Assembly (NCBI GenBank): GCA_038526515.1
Contig: JBCBGS010000001.1
Coordinates: 4,733 to 68,732, forward strand
Direction: 5' to 3'
Source of the DNA: Pseudomonadota bacterium
Lineage (GTDB): Bacteria > Pseudomonadota > Alphaproteobacteria > Caulobacterales > Hyphomonadaceae
DNA length: 64,000 nt
Part shown: positions 29,471-39,942 of the stretch, one piece after another
Layout: every line of letters begins with the position of its first letter
Position numbering within the stretch: position 1 is the stretch's first letter
The notes under the pieces: generated by a model
The model's database searches: none
What the model saw: the letters and a program-made list of their open reading frames with translations, nothing else
What the model was told of the DNA's origin: nothing
Program-made: the position numbers and the translations under genes

Positions 29471-31219
29471 ATGGCCGTAGCAGCGCTCCCTGAAGGCTGG
29501 CCCGTCATTTCAATCGCGCAAGCGAACGCGGCGATTGCCGCATCCGACTCGCCGCTCAAGCTCGCGGATGGCGTGGTTGGCGGGGTCGAGATGAAAGTCT
29601 ATCCGGATGCGCCGCCCACCATTCGGGCAATCTTCCAACTCGCCGAACCTCAATTCGGGGCGCGCGACTATCTGGTCTATGAAGACGAACGCGTGACCTA
29701 TTCTGCTTTCGCGCGCGCCGTAGAGCATTTCGCAAAAGCGCTTCAGGACACCTATGGCGTTCAAAAGGGCGACCGCGTCGCCGTGATCATGCGAAACTAT
29801 CCGCAATGGCCGGTTCCATTCTTCGCGGCGCTTTCGATTGGCGCGATTGCAACGCCAATGAATTCCTGGTGGACCGGCGACGAGCTTGAGTACGGATTGA
29901 AAGATAGCGGCGCCAAAGTCGCGGTGATTGACCCGCAGATTATGGATCGTATTCGTGACAGTCTGCCAAACCTACCAGACCTCAAATCCATTATCATCGC
30001 ACGCGGCGGCGGGTCTGAAACGGATCCACGCGTGACCACAATGGATAGCGTTGTAGGCCCGACCAGCAGCTGGGCGGGGCTCTCGCAGATCGGTCTTCCA
30101 GAGGTTGAGCTTGGCCCGGATGATGACGCGACCATCATGTACACGTCGGGGACCACAGGTCGCCCTAAAGGCGCGCTTGCAACACACCGTGCGATCATCG
30201 CCAACATGTTGAACTCGCTGTCTTGTCAGATGCGGATGCTGCTGCGCCGCGGTGAAACCCCGCCAGAGCCAGATCCAAATGAGCAGAACGCAACGCTTCT
30301 CGCGATCCCATTCTTCCACGCGACAGGCGCCTTCGCGATCTTGATCCCGAGCATGCTGCAGGGCGCCAAAATCGTCGCCCAGTACAAGTGGGACGCCGGC
30401 AAAGCGCTGCCGATCATCGAGAAAGAGGGCATCACCAATGTTGGGGGCGTTCCGGCGATCGCTTGGCAATTGCTGGAGCATCCTGAGCGCGACAATTACG
30501 ATCTCTCTTCGATTAAGGCGGTCTCTTATGGCGGCGCGCCATCTGCGCCAGAGCTTGTTTCGACGATCAAGAAACGCTTCCCAGAAGCAGCGCCGGGCAA
30601 TGGCTGGGGCATGACCGAAACGTGTGCGACAGCATCGCTCAATATTGGCGAAGACTATGTGAACCGCCCAGACAGCGCAGGGCATCCTCCAGGCGCGGTT
30701 GAGTTGAAAATCGTCGATCCAGACGGCAACACGCTTGGACCAGATGAAGTCGGTGAGCTTTGGTGCAAAGGCCCAATGAATTGCAAAGCCTATTGGAACA
30801 AACCCGAAGCAACGGCTGAGACCTTCGTCGATGGTTGGGTGGTCACCGGCGATCTGGCGCGCCTCGATGAGGAGGGTTTCCTCTATCTGGTCGACCGCGC
30901 GAAAGACATGCTGATCCGCGGCGGTGAGAACATTTACTGTATCGAGGTCGAGAGCGCGCTCTACGATCACCCCGCCGTTATGGACGCATCGGTTGTTGGC
31001 ATCCCGCATAAAATCCTGGGCCAAGAAGTAGGCGCGGTTGTGCAATTGAAGCCTGATATGAATGTCTGCGAGGATGAGCTTCGCGCCCATGTTCGCAATC
31101 AGATAGCTGCCTTCAAAGTGCCGGTGGAGATCCAATTCCAGGATGAGCCACTCCCGCGCAATGCGAATGGCAAAATCTTGAAACCTATCCTGCGAGATCG
31201 TTTCGAGCCGCGCAGCTAG
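29471..31219 (+). CDS. Long-chain acyl-CoA synthetase (AMP-binding)
   Basis: YTSGTTGRPKG, GWGMTET, TGDLARLD and PRNANGK. Confidence 0.95.
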   Translation: MAVAALPEGWPVISIAQANAAIAASDSPLKLADGVVGGVEMKVYPDAPPTIRAIFQLAEPQFGARDYLVYEDERVTYSAFARAVEHFAKALQDTYGVQKGDRVAVIMRNYPQWPVPFFAALSIGAIATPMNSWWTGDELEYGLKDSGAKVAVIDPQIMDRIRDSLPNLPDLKSIIIARGGGSETDPRVTTMDSVVGPTSSWAGLSQIGLPEVELGPDDDATIMYTSGTTGRPKGALATHRAIIANMLNSLSCQMRMLLRRGETPPEPDPNEQNATLLAIPFFHATGAFAILIPSMLQGAKIVAQYKWDAGKALPIIEKEGITNVGGVPAIAWQLLEHPERDNYDLSSIKAVSYGGAPSAPELVSTIKKRFPEAAPGNGWGMTETCATASLNIGEDYVNRPDSAGHPPGAVELKIVDPDGNTLGPDEVGELWCKGPMNCKAYWNKPEATAETFVDGWVVTGDLARLDEEGFLYLVDRAKDMLIRGGENIYCIEVESALYDHPAVMDASVVGIPHKILGQEVGAVVQLKPDMNVCEDELRAHVRNQIAAFKVPVEIQFQDEPLPRNANGKILKPILRDRFEPRS

Positions 31220-31271
31220 TAATTCTGCCTCCCGAGGGTAATCTCCGCGAGAGGACTATCGGGAGGCCAGC

Positions 31272-31604
31272 ATGTCAAAATCCATCTTCGAATCCGTTAT
31301 TGCGGGTTTGGGCGCAGCCTTTGCGGTATTGTTCGCCACCATCGTCGTGCCACCTCTGCTCCAGAGCGGGGATATCATAGGGGCGTTTGCCGCGGGTTTC
31401 GTGAACCCGTTTTCAACAGGGTACTCGCTCGATGTTATCCTGTGTGCGTTGATCTTATTTGCCTGGGTCATCTATGAGCGCGGGGCGACTGGCATCAAAC
31501 ATGGGTGGATCGCAATTCCATTGTCTTTTGTCCCTGGCGTTGCGACGGGGTTCGCCTTCTATTTGGTTCTCCGCTCAAGACAGTTGGCCGCTCATGGCAG
31601 ATGA
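31272..31604 (+). CDS. DUF2834-like membrane protein
   Basis: GGGAGG RBS, hydrophobic segments and GFVNPFSTGYSLD. Confidence 0.7.
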   Translation: MSKSIFESVIAGLGAAFAVLFATIVVPPLLQSGDIIGAFAAGFVNPFSTGYSLDVILCALILFAWVIYERGATGIKHGWIAIPLSFVPGVATGFAFYLVLRSRQLAAHGR

Positions 31605-32280
31605 AAACGCGACCTATCAAAAGGCGACGTCCGGTCAGCCATTGGCGCTCGAGAAGCGGGATACGACGGAAGATGGCCGCCGCTTCTCGCCTTCAATTGG
31701 TCGAAATAAGGATGTCGTCCGCGACGCATTTTTGAGCGTCATGCCATTGCAAGGTGCAATCTTGGAGATCGCATCGGGCACGGGCGAGCATGGCGCGCAT
31801 ATTACCTCGGCGGCCACAGATCTTTCATGGACCTATTCCGATATCGATCCGGCGAGCCAAGCTAGCCAGGCGGCCTGGCGAGCGCATGAAGCACACGACC
31901 GTTTAAGCGGGCCGCTGACCGTGGACACCACGACAGAGCATTGGGGCGAGGCCGAAACACGAGCGCCATGGGACGGTTTGTTCTGTGCGAACATGATCCA
32001 CATCGCGCCTTTCGGGGCAGCCATCGGATTGATCAACGGTGCTGGTCGATTGCTACGTCCAGGTGGCCGTTTGCTGATCTATGGTCCGTTTGCGCGCAAC
32101 GGCGAAATTGCGCCGTCTAATGCGCGTTTCAGCGAGGATCTGAAACGCCGCGATCCGACCTGGGGCGTACGCGATTTGGATCTCGACATTCTACCATTGG
32201 CTCAGCAGGCTGGGCTCGAACTTATCAAGGTCATCGATATGCCTGCCAACAATCTCAGCCTTGTGTTCGAGAAAGCCTGA
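31594..32280 (+). CDS. DUF938 SAM-dependent methyltransferase
   Basis: LEIASGTGEH, CANMIHI, YGPF, WGVRD and MPANN. ATG at 31594. Confidence 0.9.
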   Translation: MADENATYQKATSGQPLALEKRDTTEDGRRFSPSIGRNKDVVRDAFLSVMPLQGAILEIASGTGEHGAHITSAATDLSWTYSDIDPASQASQAAWRAHEAHDRLSGPLTVDTTTEHWGEAETRAPWDGLFCANMIHIAPFGAAIGLINGAGRLLRPGGRLLIYGPFARNGEIAPSNARFSEDLKRRDPTWGVRDLDLDILPLAQQAGLELIKVIDMPANNLSLVFEKA

Positions 32281-32285
32281 AACGC

Positions 32286-33491
32286 TTAGGCTGCCGCGCT
32301 TTTATTCGTGCCCATGGCTTGGTGAAGATCCTCTAGGATGTCGTCCACACTCTCCAGTCCGACCGAGAGGCGAACCAGGCCTTCGCTGATGCCGTGCGCT
32401 TCCCGCTCATCTCTCGTATAGGTCGAGTGCGTCATGCTTGCGGGGTGCTGGATCAAGCTTTCTGCATCGCCAAGACTGACGGCACGCCGTACCAGGCGCA
32501 GGCGGTTCATCATCTCGATCCCAGCTGTGTAGCCGCCTTTCAGCTCGAATGCGATCATGCCGCCAAAGCCGTTCATTTGTCGCTTAGCGAGTTCATGCTG
32601 TGGGAAATCGGAGAGGCCCGGATAATGGACGCTGGCCACGCTGGAATGCTGTTGCAATGCTTCAGCAATTTGCTGCGCACTCGAGGCGTGTCTCTCAACG
32701 CGGAGTTGGAGCGTTTTGAGGCCACGCAAGATCAGCATGGCATTGAACGGCGCCAAGACGGCCCCAGTCATATCTTTGACCCCGACCATTCTTACCTCAG
32801 CCATATCCTCGGAAGAGCCGACGGCAATTCCAGCGACCAAGTCGCCGTGCCCGCCAAGATATTTGGTCGCTGAGTGCACAACCATGTCCGCGCCATGTTC
32901 GATCGGCCGAGTTTGAACGGGCGTTGCGTAAGTGTTGTCGACAATCGTCTTGGCTCCGTGCCGCCGCGCGATCGCGCTGATCGCCGCGATATCGACAAGG
33001 CGCATGTTCGGGTTGGCCGGTGTTTCGAAATAGACGACTTTAGTGCGATCGGTGATGGCCGTTTCGAGCGCCAGCGGATTGGTGAGGTCAACATGCCGAA
33101 CAGTAATCCCAAATCGGCTCAAGCCATGCTGAAAGAAAGAGAAGGTGCACCCATAAAGCGTCTTGTCGGTAATCAGCTCATCACCCGCCCGGAGAAAGCT
33201 CCACAAGACGGAGGTGATTGCACCCATGCCTGAGGCCATGGCAACGGCCGCTTCGCCGCCCTCTAGCGAAGCCATCCGGCGTTCGAGCAAGTCCGTCGTT
33301 GGATTGGATATTCTTGTATAAATGTGCCCCTCGGACTCGCCCGCAAATCGGGCGCCGCCTTGCTCCGCTGTTGCGAATGCAAATGTGGATGTCAGATGAA
33401 GCGGGGGTGTGAGCGCGCCTTCCGCCTCCAGCGGGTCATAACCGTGATGGATCGCGCGCGTGGAAAAGCCAGTCTTGTTGTCTTCAAGCAT
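32286..33491 (-). CDS. mdeA: Methionine gamma-lyase
   Basis: YTRISNPT, SGMGAI, YGCT (the MGL-specific Cys), HSATKYLGGHGD and QHPASMTH. Confidence 0.9.
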   Translation of the reverse strand: MLEDNKTGFSTRAIHHGYDPLEAEGALTPPLHLTSTFAFATAEQGGARFAGESEGHIYTRISNPTTDLLERRMASLEGGEAAVAMASGMGAITSVLWSFLRAGDELITDKTLYGCTFSFFQHGLSRFGITVRHVDLTNPLALETAITDRTKVVYFETPANPNMRLVDIAAISAIARRHGAKTIVDNTYATPVQTRPIEHGADMVVHSATKYLGGHGDLVAGIAVGSSEDMAEVRMVGVKDMTGAVLAPFNAMLILRGLKTLQLRVERHASSAQQIAEALQQHSSVASVHYPGLSDFPQHELAKRQMNGFGGMIAFELKGGYTAGIEMMNRLRLVRRAVSLGDAESLIQHPASMTHSTYTRDEREAHGISEGLVRLSVGLESVDDILEDLHQAMGTNKSAAA

Positions 33492-33596
33492 AATACGTCT
33501 CCGTTTGCGCTAGAATACTTCAGAGCTCCGCGCAGGGGTTTCCAAATATGATCACATAATCCATAATAATTGGCAGAATCTGCTAAGGGTGTGCTC

Positions 33597-34058
33597 GTGG
33601 ATAGCAAAGATCGTCAAATCGTTCAGGCGTTACAGGCGGAAGGTCGTCTGACCAACCAAGATCTCTCTGACCGAGTGAACTTATCTCCCAGTCCTTGTTT
33701 GAGACGGGTGCGTTTGCTCGAGGAGCAGAACGTCATCAAGGGCTACACGGCGCTGGTTGATCAAAAGGCTTGGGGGCTGCCCGTCACGATCTTCATCCGG
33801 ATCAAGTTGGAACGGCATGGAGACGCGGCAGTTTCCAAATTTGAAAAGGCGATCCAAAACATGCCGCAGGTCATGGATTGCTGGCTCATGACAGGACGAT
33901 CAGACTACTTGCTACGCGTGATTGCGTCCGATCTAGATGACTATGAGCGGTTCGTACGGCGTGAGTTACAGCGCGTCCCGGGAATTGCGAGCATCGATAC
34001 CAGCTTTGCTTATGGTAGCGTCAAACACGCTCAGGTTTTACCCGTGCCGACGGTCTAA
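33597..34058 (+). CDS. Lrp/AsnC regulator divergent from mdeA
   Basis: HTH LSPSPCLRRVRLLE and a RAM domain. GTG at 33597; the track start is 33570. Confidence 0.93.
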   Translation: MDSKDRQIVQALQAEGRLTNQDLSDRVNLSPSPCLRRVRLLEEQNVIKGYTALVDQKAWGLPVTIFIRIKLERHGDAAVSKFEKAIQNMPQVMDCWLMTGRSDYLLRVIASDLDDYERFVRRELQRVPGIASIDTSFAYGSVKHAQVLPVPTV

Positions 34059-34954
34059 GACGCGTCCTGTTTAGCTTTCCACTGCGCGCGGATTTCTTCG
34101 GTGCGGTTATGGTTGCCATCTGGGCTCCAACCCGGCGCGTTCGCGGCGCGTTTAAGCCAGGTCAGGGGGCGCAAGCCGTCTGTCCAACAGTCTTTGAGAA
34201 GGCCTGCAAACTCATGATACGCCACTACAAATGGGTTGTACGTGTTGAGCGGTTTGACGATGCCATAGTCGGGCTTGTCATCTGACTGTTCCGGAATGAA
34301 GGAGCCGAACATCTTGTCCCAGATGATGAAGACCCCGGCATAATTCGCATCGAGATATCGCGGATTAGTTGCGTGATGGACCCGGTGGTGGCTGGGCGTA
34401 TTGAAGATGGCTTCAAACCAGCGCGGACACTTATCGATTGCCTCTGTGTGGATCCAGAATTGATAGACCAGATTGATCCCGCCCGCGATGCCGATAAAGG
34501 CCGGATGGAAGCCAAGAAGGACAAGCGCCCAGCCAACAACAATTAGACCTGTGAACGGGCCGAACCAAGGCTGTCTGAGCGCAGTGGTTAGATTGTAGTG
34601 CTTGCTGGAGTGGTGGGTTACATGCTCCATCCAGAACCAACGGACGCGGTGCGCGAACCGATGTTTCCAATAATAAACGAAGTCGTACAGGACAAAGACG
34701 ATCAGGAAGCTCCACCAAGTATTCGGGACGGTCATCACACGATACGGCCAGACCAGCATCATGATCCAAACCGCGGCGACACCTGTCAGCGTCCCGACAA
34801 TCGCGTTACCGAGCCCCATCGTCATACTGGTGATTGCGTCAGCGGTCTCATAGCGCCCTTTGGCGCGACCGGTTTTGACCGACCACCATTCGATCGCGAC
34901 AGAGACCACGAAGAAGGGCGCGAAGAGCGCTTCAATTGGAATATCGCCGGGCAT
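34055..34954 (-). CDS. Sterol desaturase / alkylglycerol monooxygenase-like di-iron membrane enzyme
   Basis: His boxes HRFAH, HVTHHSS, QFWIHTE and HHRVHH. Confidence 0.9.
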   Translation of the reverse strand: MPGDIPIEALFAPFFVVSVAIEWWSVKTGRAKGRYETADAITSMTMGLGNAIVGTLTGVAAVWIMMLVWPYRVMTVPNTWWSFLIVFVLYDFVYYWKHRFAHRVRWFWMEHVTHHSSKHYNLTTALRQPWFGPFTGLIVVGWALVLLGFHPAFIGIAGGINLVYQFWIHTEAIDKCPRWFEAIFNTPSHHRVHHATNPRYLDANYAGVFIIWDKMFGSFIPEQSDDKPDYGIVKPLNTYNPFVVAYHEFAGLLKDCWTDGLRPLTWLKRAANAPGWSPDGNHNRTEEIRAQWKAKQDAS

Positions 34955-34958
34955 GGAT

Positions 34959-36590
34959 CTACGCCGTTACGCCTTCTTTCGCTGCCAAGCGGATCATATC
35001 GCTTGCTTTCTCGGCGATCGCAATGGTTGGCGCGTTTGTGTTACCGCTGACCAGGCGAGGCATGACCGAGGCGTCGACAACGCGTAGACCTTCAACGCCG
35101 CGCACGCGCAGCTGGTCATCCACGACGGCCAGCGTGTCGCCGTCGGCGCCCATCTTACAGGTCCCGACCGGGTGATAGATTGTGCCGCCAGTTTCGCGTG
35201 CAAATTCGAGCAGTTCGTCATCGGACTGCAGGGCCTCGCCTGGTTCCAATTCATGCTCAATGTATTGCGCGAGTGCCGGTTGCGCCGCGAGCTCTCGGGC
35301 CCATCGCAGGCCAGCCACCGCTGTTTGCTGATCCAGCGGATCGTGCAGATAGTTCGGGCGAATAGCCGGGTGCGCATCATGCTGTGCAGATTTGATATGC
35401 ACGCTGCCGCGGCTTTCCGGACGCAGCTGACACGGCGCAATGGTAATTCCGGGCTGCTTCTCAAGCTCCATATCGCCCGTCTCTGTCATCTTTTGTAGGT
35501 CCATTGTGGCGGGCAGGATGTGGTATTGAACATCCGGCGTTGCGAGTTCTGGACGGGTCTTGATGAAGGCGGCGACGTGGGCTGCTGAGAGCGTCAGCAA
35601 GCCTTTGCGTTTGATCAGATACTTGAACACTTCTCCAATCATGGCGAGCCCGCGCGATTGCTGGTTCACCGATGGGCTACCCGGTTTCATGCGGTAGCGA
35701 TTCCCGATCACAAAATGGTCCTGCAGGTTCTCGCCAACGCCAGGGAGAGCGGACACGGTTTCAAGTCCTTGTGCGTTCAAGAGATCCGGATGACCAATGC
35801 CCGAGAGCTCCAGCAATTGTGGGCTATTGATCGCGCCGCCTGCGAGGATGACCTCACCGCGTGCCTTGGCGGTTTTGGTTTGGCCGTTCTGAGTATACTC
35901 GACGCCAGTGGCTCGCTTGCCGTCAAACAAAACCCGGGCGGCGAGCGCCTTGGTTTCGATCTGCAAGTTCGTGCGTTTCTTGGCCGGGTTGAGATAGGCG
36001 ACAGCGGCGCTGCAACGGCGACCGTTTTTGACCGTCAACTGATAGTAAGCGACGCCTTCCTGATCCTCACCATTCACATCGCGGTGGGGCAGGCCCATGG
36101 CTTTACCTGCCTCGATCACCGCATCTGATACTGGGTGCTGTTCTGTGACATCTGAGACATTCAGCGGGCCACCTTTTGCATGACCGTCCATGCCATCGCG
36201 CTCTTGGTGCTGACTGCGTAGGAAGTAGGGGTGCAGATCATCATATGACCAACCGCGCAGGCCCAGCTGCGCCCAACCATCATAATCTTGGCGTTGGCCG
36301 CGGATATAAAGAAGACCATTGATAGATGACGAGCCGCCTAGCACCTTTCCACGCGGCCACGTGTGAACCCGGTCATGTGTGCCGGGGTCCGGCTCTGTTT
36401 CGTAAAGCCAATTGACCTTTGGGTCTTTTAGGGTGGTCGCATATCCGACCGGAATATGGATCATTGGCGAGGTGTCTTTGCCGCCAGCTTCGAGCAGAAG
36501 GACGGTCGACTTTCCGTCTTCGGTTAGCCGGTTCGCCAGCACACATCCAGCGCTACCCGCGCCTACAACGATATAGTCAAACTCAGCCAT
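34959..36590 (-). CDS. GMC oxidoreductase (AlkJ/choline dehydrogenase-like)
   Basis: [33 protein letters not shown] and GNTNAP. Confidence 0.95.
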   Translation of the reverse strand: MAEFDYIVVGAGSAGCVLANRLTEDGKSTVLLLEAGGKDTSPMIHIPVGYATTLKDPKVNWLYETEPDPGTHDRVHTWPRGKVLGGSSSINGLLYIRGQRQDYDGWAQLGLRGWSYDDLHPYFLRSQHQERDGMDGHAKGGPLNVSDVTEQHPVSDAVIEAGKAMGLPHRDVNGEDQEGVAYYQLTVKNGRRCSAAVAYLNPAKKRTNLQIETKALAARVLFDGKRATGVEYTQNGQTKTAKARGEVILAGGAINSPQLLELSGIGHPDLLNAQGLETVSALPGVGENLQDHFVIGNRYRMKPGSPSVNQQSRGLAMIGEVFKYLIKRKGLLTLSAAHVAAFIKTRPELATPDVQYHILPATMDLQKMTETGDMELEKQPGITIAPCQLRPESRGSVHIKSAQHDAHPAIRPNYLHDPLDQQTAVAGLRWARELAAQPALAQYIEHELEPGEALQSDDELLEFARETGGTIYHPVGTCKMGADGDTLAVVDDQLRVRGVEGLRVVDASVMPRLVSGNTNAPTIAIAEKASDMIRLAAKEGVTA

Positions 36591-36741
36591 TCTACGCTCC
36601 TGTTCGATCCACTACTGGGCGGTGGACTTTTCCGAAGGATGACACAAGCGTCACGCTTTCAAAAGGGGCAACGCTGCGTCACGGTTGACGATTGTCGAGA
36701 GACATCGCTTCCTATCGTCAGGACCAAGATAGGAGAGCGCG

Positions 36742-37647
36742 ATGACCAGCCTCGGTGATTACGAACAAATCAAACTAGAGCAAGAAGGGCAGATTGCGAT
36801 TCTGACCCTCGATCGCCCAGACAAAATGAACGCCTTCACGGGCAAGATGATGTACGAAATGATCGACGCGTTTGATAAGACGGATGCGAATGATGATATT
36901 CGCGCTGTGATCGTCACGGGCGCCGGTGATCGTGCATTCTGCGCCGGGGCGGATCTCTCTGAAGGCGCGAAGACATTCGACTATGAAGCACGCGCCGATA
37001 CCGGCGAAGTCGGGCGCACTAACAAGATCGACATTCAACGCGATGGCGGCGGGCGTCTGACGCTCCGCATCTTCGATAGTTTGAAGCCCGTCATCGGCGC
37101 GATTAATGGCGCAGCAGTTGGTGTGGGCGTCACTATGCAACTGCCTATGGATGTGCGGCTTGCCTCCGACAATGCGCGCTTTGGCTTCGTGTTTAATCGC
37201 CGAGGTATCAATCCAGAAGCGGCCTCGAGCTGGTTTCTGCCGCGCTTGGTCGGCATTCAGCAGGCGCTTGAATGGTGCTATTCGGGTCGTGTGTTCCCGG
37301 CGGAAGAAGCGCTGAAAGGTGGCCTCGTCCATTCCGTCCATGCTCAAGCGGACCTCATGACCGTTGCCCGCGCCATGGCGAACGATATTGCGGAAAATAC
37401 CGCGGCTGTTTCAACAACGCTGACCCGTCACATGATGTGGCGCATGCTCGGCGCGAGCCACCCAATGGACGCTCACATTGTCGACAGTGCTGCGATCTAT
37501 TCCCGCGGTCAGACCGACGATGCTCGTGAAGGCGTCATGAGCTTCCTTGAGAAGCGTAAGCCTGTCTATCCGGTGAAAGTCTCTGACGGCATGCCAAGCT
37601 TCTTCCCATGGTGGGAAGAACCTGAATTCGATTGGATTGGCGAGTAA
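36742..37647 (+). CDS. Enoyl-CoA hydratase/isomerase
   Basis: AFCAGADL, INGAAVGVG and GINPEAASS. Confidence 0.93.
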   Translation: MTSLGDYEQIKLEQEGQIAILTLDRPDKMNAFTGKMMYEMIDAFDKTDANDDIRAVIVTGAGDRAFCAGADLSEGAKTFDYEARADTGEVGRTNKIDIQRDGGGRLTLRIFDSLKPVIGAINGAAVGVGVTMQLPMDVRLASDNARFGFVFNRRGINPEAASSWFLPRLVGIQQALEWCYSGRVFPAEEALKGGLVHSVHAQADLMTVARAMANDIAENTAAVSTTLTRHMMWRMLGASHPMDAHIVDSAAIYSRGQTDDAREGVMSFLEKRKPVYPVKVSDGMPSFFPWWEEPEFDWIGE

Positions 37648-37650
37648 GCC

Positions 37651-39498
37651 TTAAGTCACAGCTGCGTCGAGCAAGAGGTAAGTCGCCAAACGCGCGCTCG
37701 CATTCTTGTTCGACGCATGCGTGTTCTCAAGCGCGTTGAGCGCATCTGACTCTTCGAGCGCAAGAAAGTCACGCGCGAGGGTCATCATTTCCAGATTACC
37801 CCGCAAGCGTTGGCGGACACGTTCCACCTGGCGGCCGACCTGCTGATTGATCGCAGAGCGTCTTTGGTCTTCGCCTTTACGGGCCGCAACCGCGATCTTT
37901 TTCTTATCTTTCGGACGGAAGATATCTGTCAGCTTGATGCCTGAGTCCTGCAATTGGCCGAGAAGCGCTTCCGCGGTTTCTTCACGTGACAGGATCGAGC
38001 GTTCATCGCGCTCCATATCGGCAATGATATCGCTGAGCGAGTCACCTGTTCTTGGGGGGCGCGCGGAGGCGACGGGCTTTTCGAGGCGTACCGGCGCGTC
38101 ATCTTCGCTGAACACATCATCTTCCTGATGACCAGATCCGTTGCTGCCATTGGAAAGGACCAACGCGTCGTCGTCAGAAGTTTCCTCATCCGCCATTGCT
38201 TTCGCCATTCGATTGGCGCTCGCTTCGAACAGATCTTCTTCGACCGCTCGAGATGGCGATTGGACCACAGCTTGTGCTTTGGGCTCTGACTCGGTTTCGG
38301 TCTCTGGCTCCAGAATGGGGTCTGCGGCTGGCTCAGCCGCGACGGTGTCGGTCGCAACGCGGGTTTCGAGCGACTTCGTTTTCTTCAGGAGCGCGTGGCT
38401 TGTATTCGTGGCGCGGCGCTCGGCAATATCCATTTCAGCGCGCGCAGCCATACCTGCAGCCCGAACCGCTGCCGCGGCTTGTTGGCCAGCTTCTTTTAAT
38501 TCCGCGAGCGCACGCGCAGCGGATTCAGAGGCTTCGAAGGTTTGGTTCTGGATCTGGCTGCTTGCGTCTTTCGCGCCATCCAAGGCGATCTTGACCGATT
38601 CCATTAGGCGGTCGCCGGTCGTTCCAGCTGCCGCGGCGGCGAGTTCACCAGCGCGGGCGGCGGTCTCAACCGTTTTGCGCGATTGCTCGAGCTTCTCTTC
38701 CATGCGCGCGATCGCGAAGAGCAGGGTCTCATTTCGCTCACCGGCTTCGGCGGCAAGCGTGTCCATCGCGGAGATCTTCTGAGCGAGGCTGCGACCCGTT
38801 TGGTCTAGGCTGGTCAAACGGCCTTGCAGAGCATCCTCAGCGGCGCTGACTTCCGTGGCAGCGGCTTTCGCTGAATCAACCATCAAGCGGGCTTGTTCCG
38901 GAATCGCTTCGTTCAACAGATCCGTTTGTTCGCGCAAGTCTTTGGCGAGCTGTTCGAGCCCGTTGCGCTCATTTCCAAGACGAGAGGCCAGCTCACGTGC
39001 ATTGTCGGCACTGGCATAGGTGACCGATTCAAGGCGCTGCCGCTCATCCCCGATCTCAGCCGACATGGCTTTCATGGCAGAGAGAGCATGTCCCATTGAA
39101 CGATCGACTTCGGCAGAGGCGCTCGACATTTCGCTCGCGAACGTTTTCGCTTCATCCGCCATGGTCTCAGCTGGAAGTAGAAGACGCGCAGCTGCTTCCA
39201 AGACGAGCGCATTCGCGGCGGTTGAGCGCGCTTGCTCTCGCGCCATCATTCCAGACAGGACAAGCATCAGGCCTGGCAAAATGATGGCAATCAAACCCGC
39301 AACCACGAGCGTTGGGTCGAGCGCGCCAATCGTTTCTGCGCCGAGCATCGCCACCGTGCCAACCAAGGCCGCGACCCACCATAAGAAGGCCAGTCCCAGA
39401 CCGCCCCAAGCGAGCCAGCCAGAAGCTTTCTGCGCCGCTTGCAAACGTTCGATTGCGTCGGAAGGGTTCATTTTATCGGGGGTAGGTGCGTCACTCAT
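37651..39498 (-). CDS. tipN: Polar landmark protein TipN
   Basis: Two N-terminal TM segments, a long Ala/Glu coiled coil, an acidic linker and C-terminal YLLLDAA. Confidence 0.75.
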   Translation of the reverse strand: MSDAPTPDKMNPSDAIERLQAAQKASGWLAWGGLGLAFLWWVAALVGTVAMLGAETIGALDPTLVVAGLIAIILPGLMLVLSGMMAREQARSTAANALVLEAAARLLLPAETMADEAKTFASEMSSASAEVDRSMGHALSAMKAMSAEIGDERQRLESVTYASADNARELASRLGNERNGLEQLAKDLREQTDLLNEAIPEQARLMVDSAKAAATEVSAAEDALQGRLTSLDQTGRSLAQKISAMDTLAAEAGERNETLLFAIARMEEKLEQSRKTVETAARAGELAAAAAGTTGDRLMESVKIALDGAKDASSQIQNQTFEASESAARALAELKEAGQQAAAAVRAAGMAARAEMDIAERRATNTSHALLKKTKSLETRVATDTVAAEPAADPILEPETETESEPKAQAVVQSPSRAVEEDLFEASANRMAKAMADEETSDDDALVLSNGSNGSGHQEDDVFSEDDAPVRLEKPVASARPPRTGDSLSDIIADMERDERSILSREETAEALLGQLQDSGIKLTDIFRPKDKKKIAVAARKGEDQRRSAINQQVGRQVERVRQRLRGNLEMMTLARDFLALEESDALNALENTHASNKNASARLATYLLLDAAVT

Positions 39499-39834
39499 GA
39501 TCTAAAGTATACTCTCGACTGGGGCAAAAATGCGAGACTCCACAGCATTTCAACCGTGTCATGCTTGCAATGGTTACACCAAATTGACGTTTTACGGAAT
39601 AGGTTCTGTGTTAATGGGCTGTAATTGTTGAATTATTCTAATCATTAAAGCGCAGCAACATGCGGGTTTCTATCGTGGATTGCGCTCAATTGCACCAATT
39701 AGGTTCGCCTGAGACGCGATTTTCAGTGCGGTCACTTCTATTGGCAGGAGAATATCGCCGATTGCGTGACGTCGATACTGGGTTGAAGGAAGGTGCTTGG
39801 GGTAGCGCGCACAGTGAATTCATCACAGAGAATT

Positions 39835-39874
39835 GCAGGCTCTCCCGCTCAGGGGGGCTTGCTTTGTTGTGTTT
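39835..39874 (+). terminator. Terminator-like hairpin inside the tipN/deaminase intergenic region
   Basis: GCAGGCTCTCCC-GCTCA-GGGGGGCTTGC followed by TTTGTTGTGTTT; no convincing CDS ends here. Confidence 0.55.
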
Positions 39875-39920
39875 GCAATGGTTTTGCAGGCCAACCAAAC
39901 TGGTTACGCACAAAAAACGA

Positions 39921-39942
39921 AAACGTGTCGATTGACACATTT
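39921..39942 (+). promoter_or_regulatory. TTGACA -35 element (39932-39937) embedded in a palindrome
   Basis: AAAcGTGTC-GATT-GACACaTTT. Confidence 0.45.

Noticed and set aside
29972-31135. 387-aa antisense ORF
   Set aside because: Shadow of the acyl-CoA synthetase gene.
39610-39625. Possible full CtrA box upstream of tipN
   Set aside because: The spacing is 6 nt rather than 7, or there are two mismatches, which is too weak to call.
39660-39860. Fragments resembling purine (GTTTCTA), TPP (CTGAGA) and glycine (GGAGA/GAAGG/CTCAGG) riboswitches
   Set aside because: The motifs are isolated, and the required order, spacing and helices are absent.
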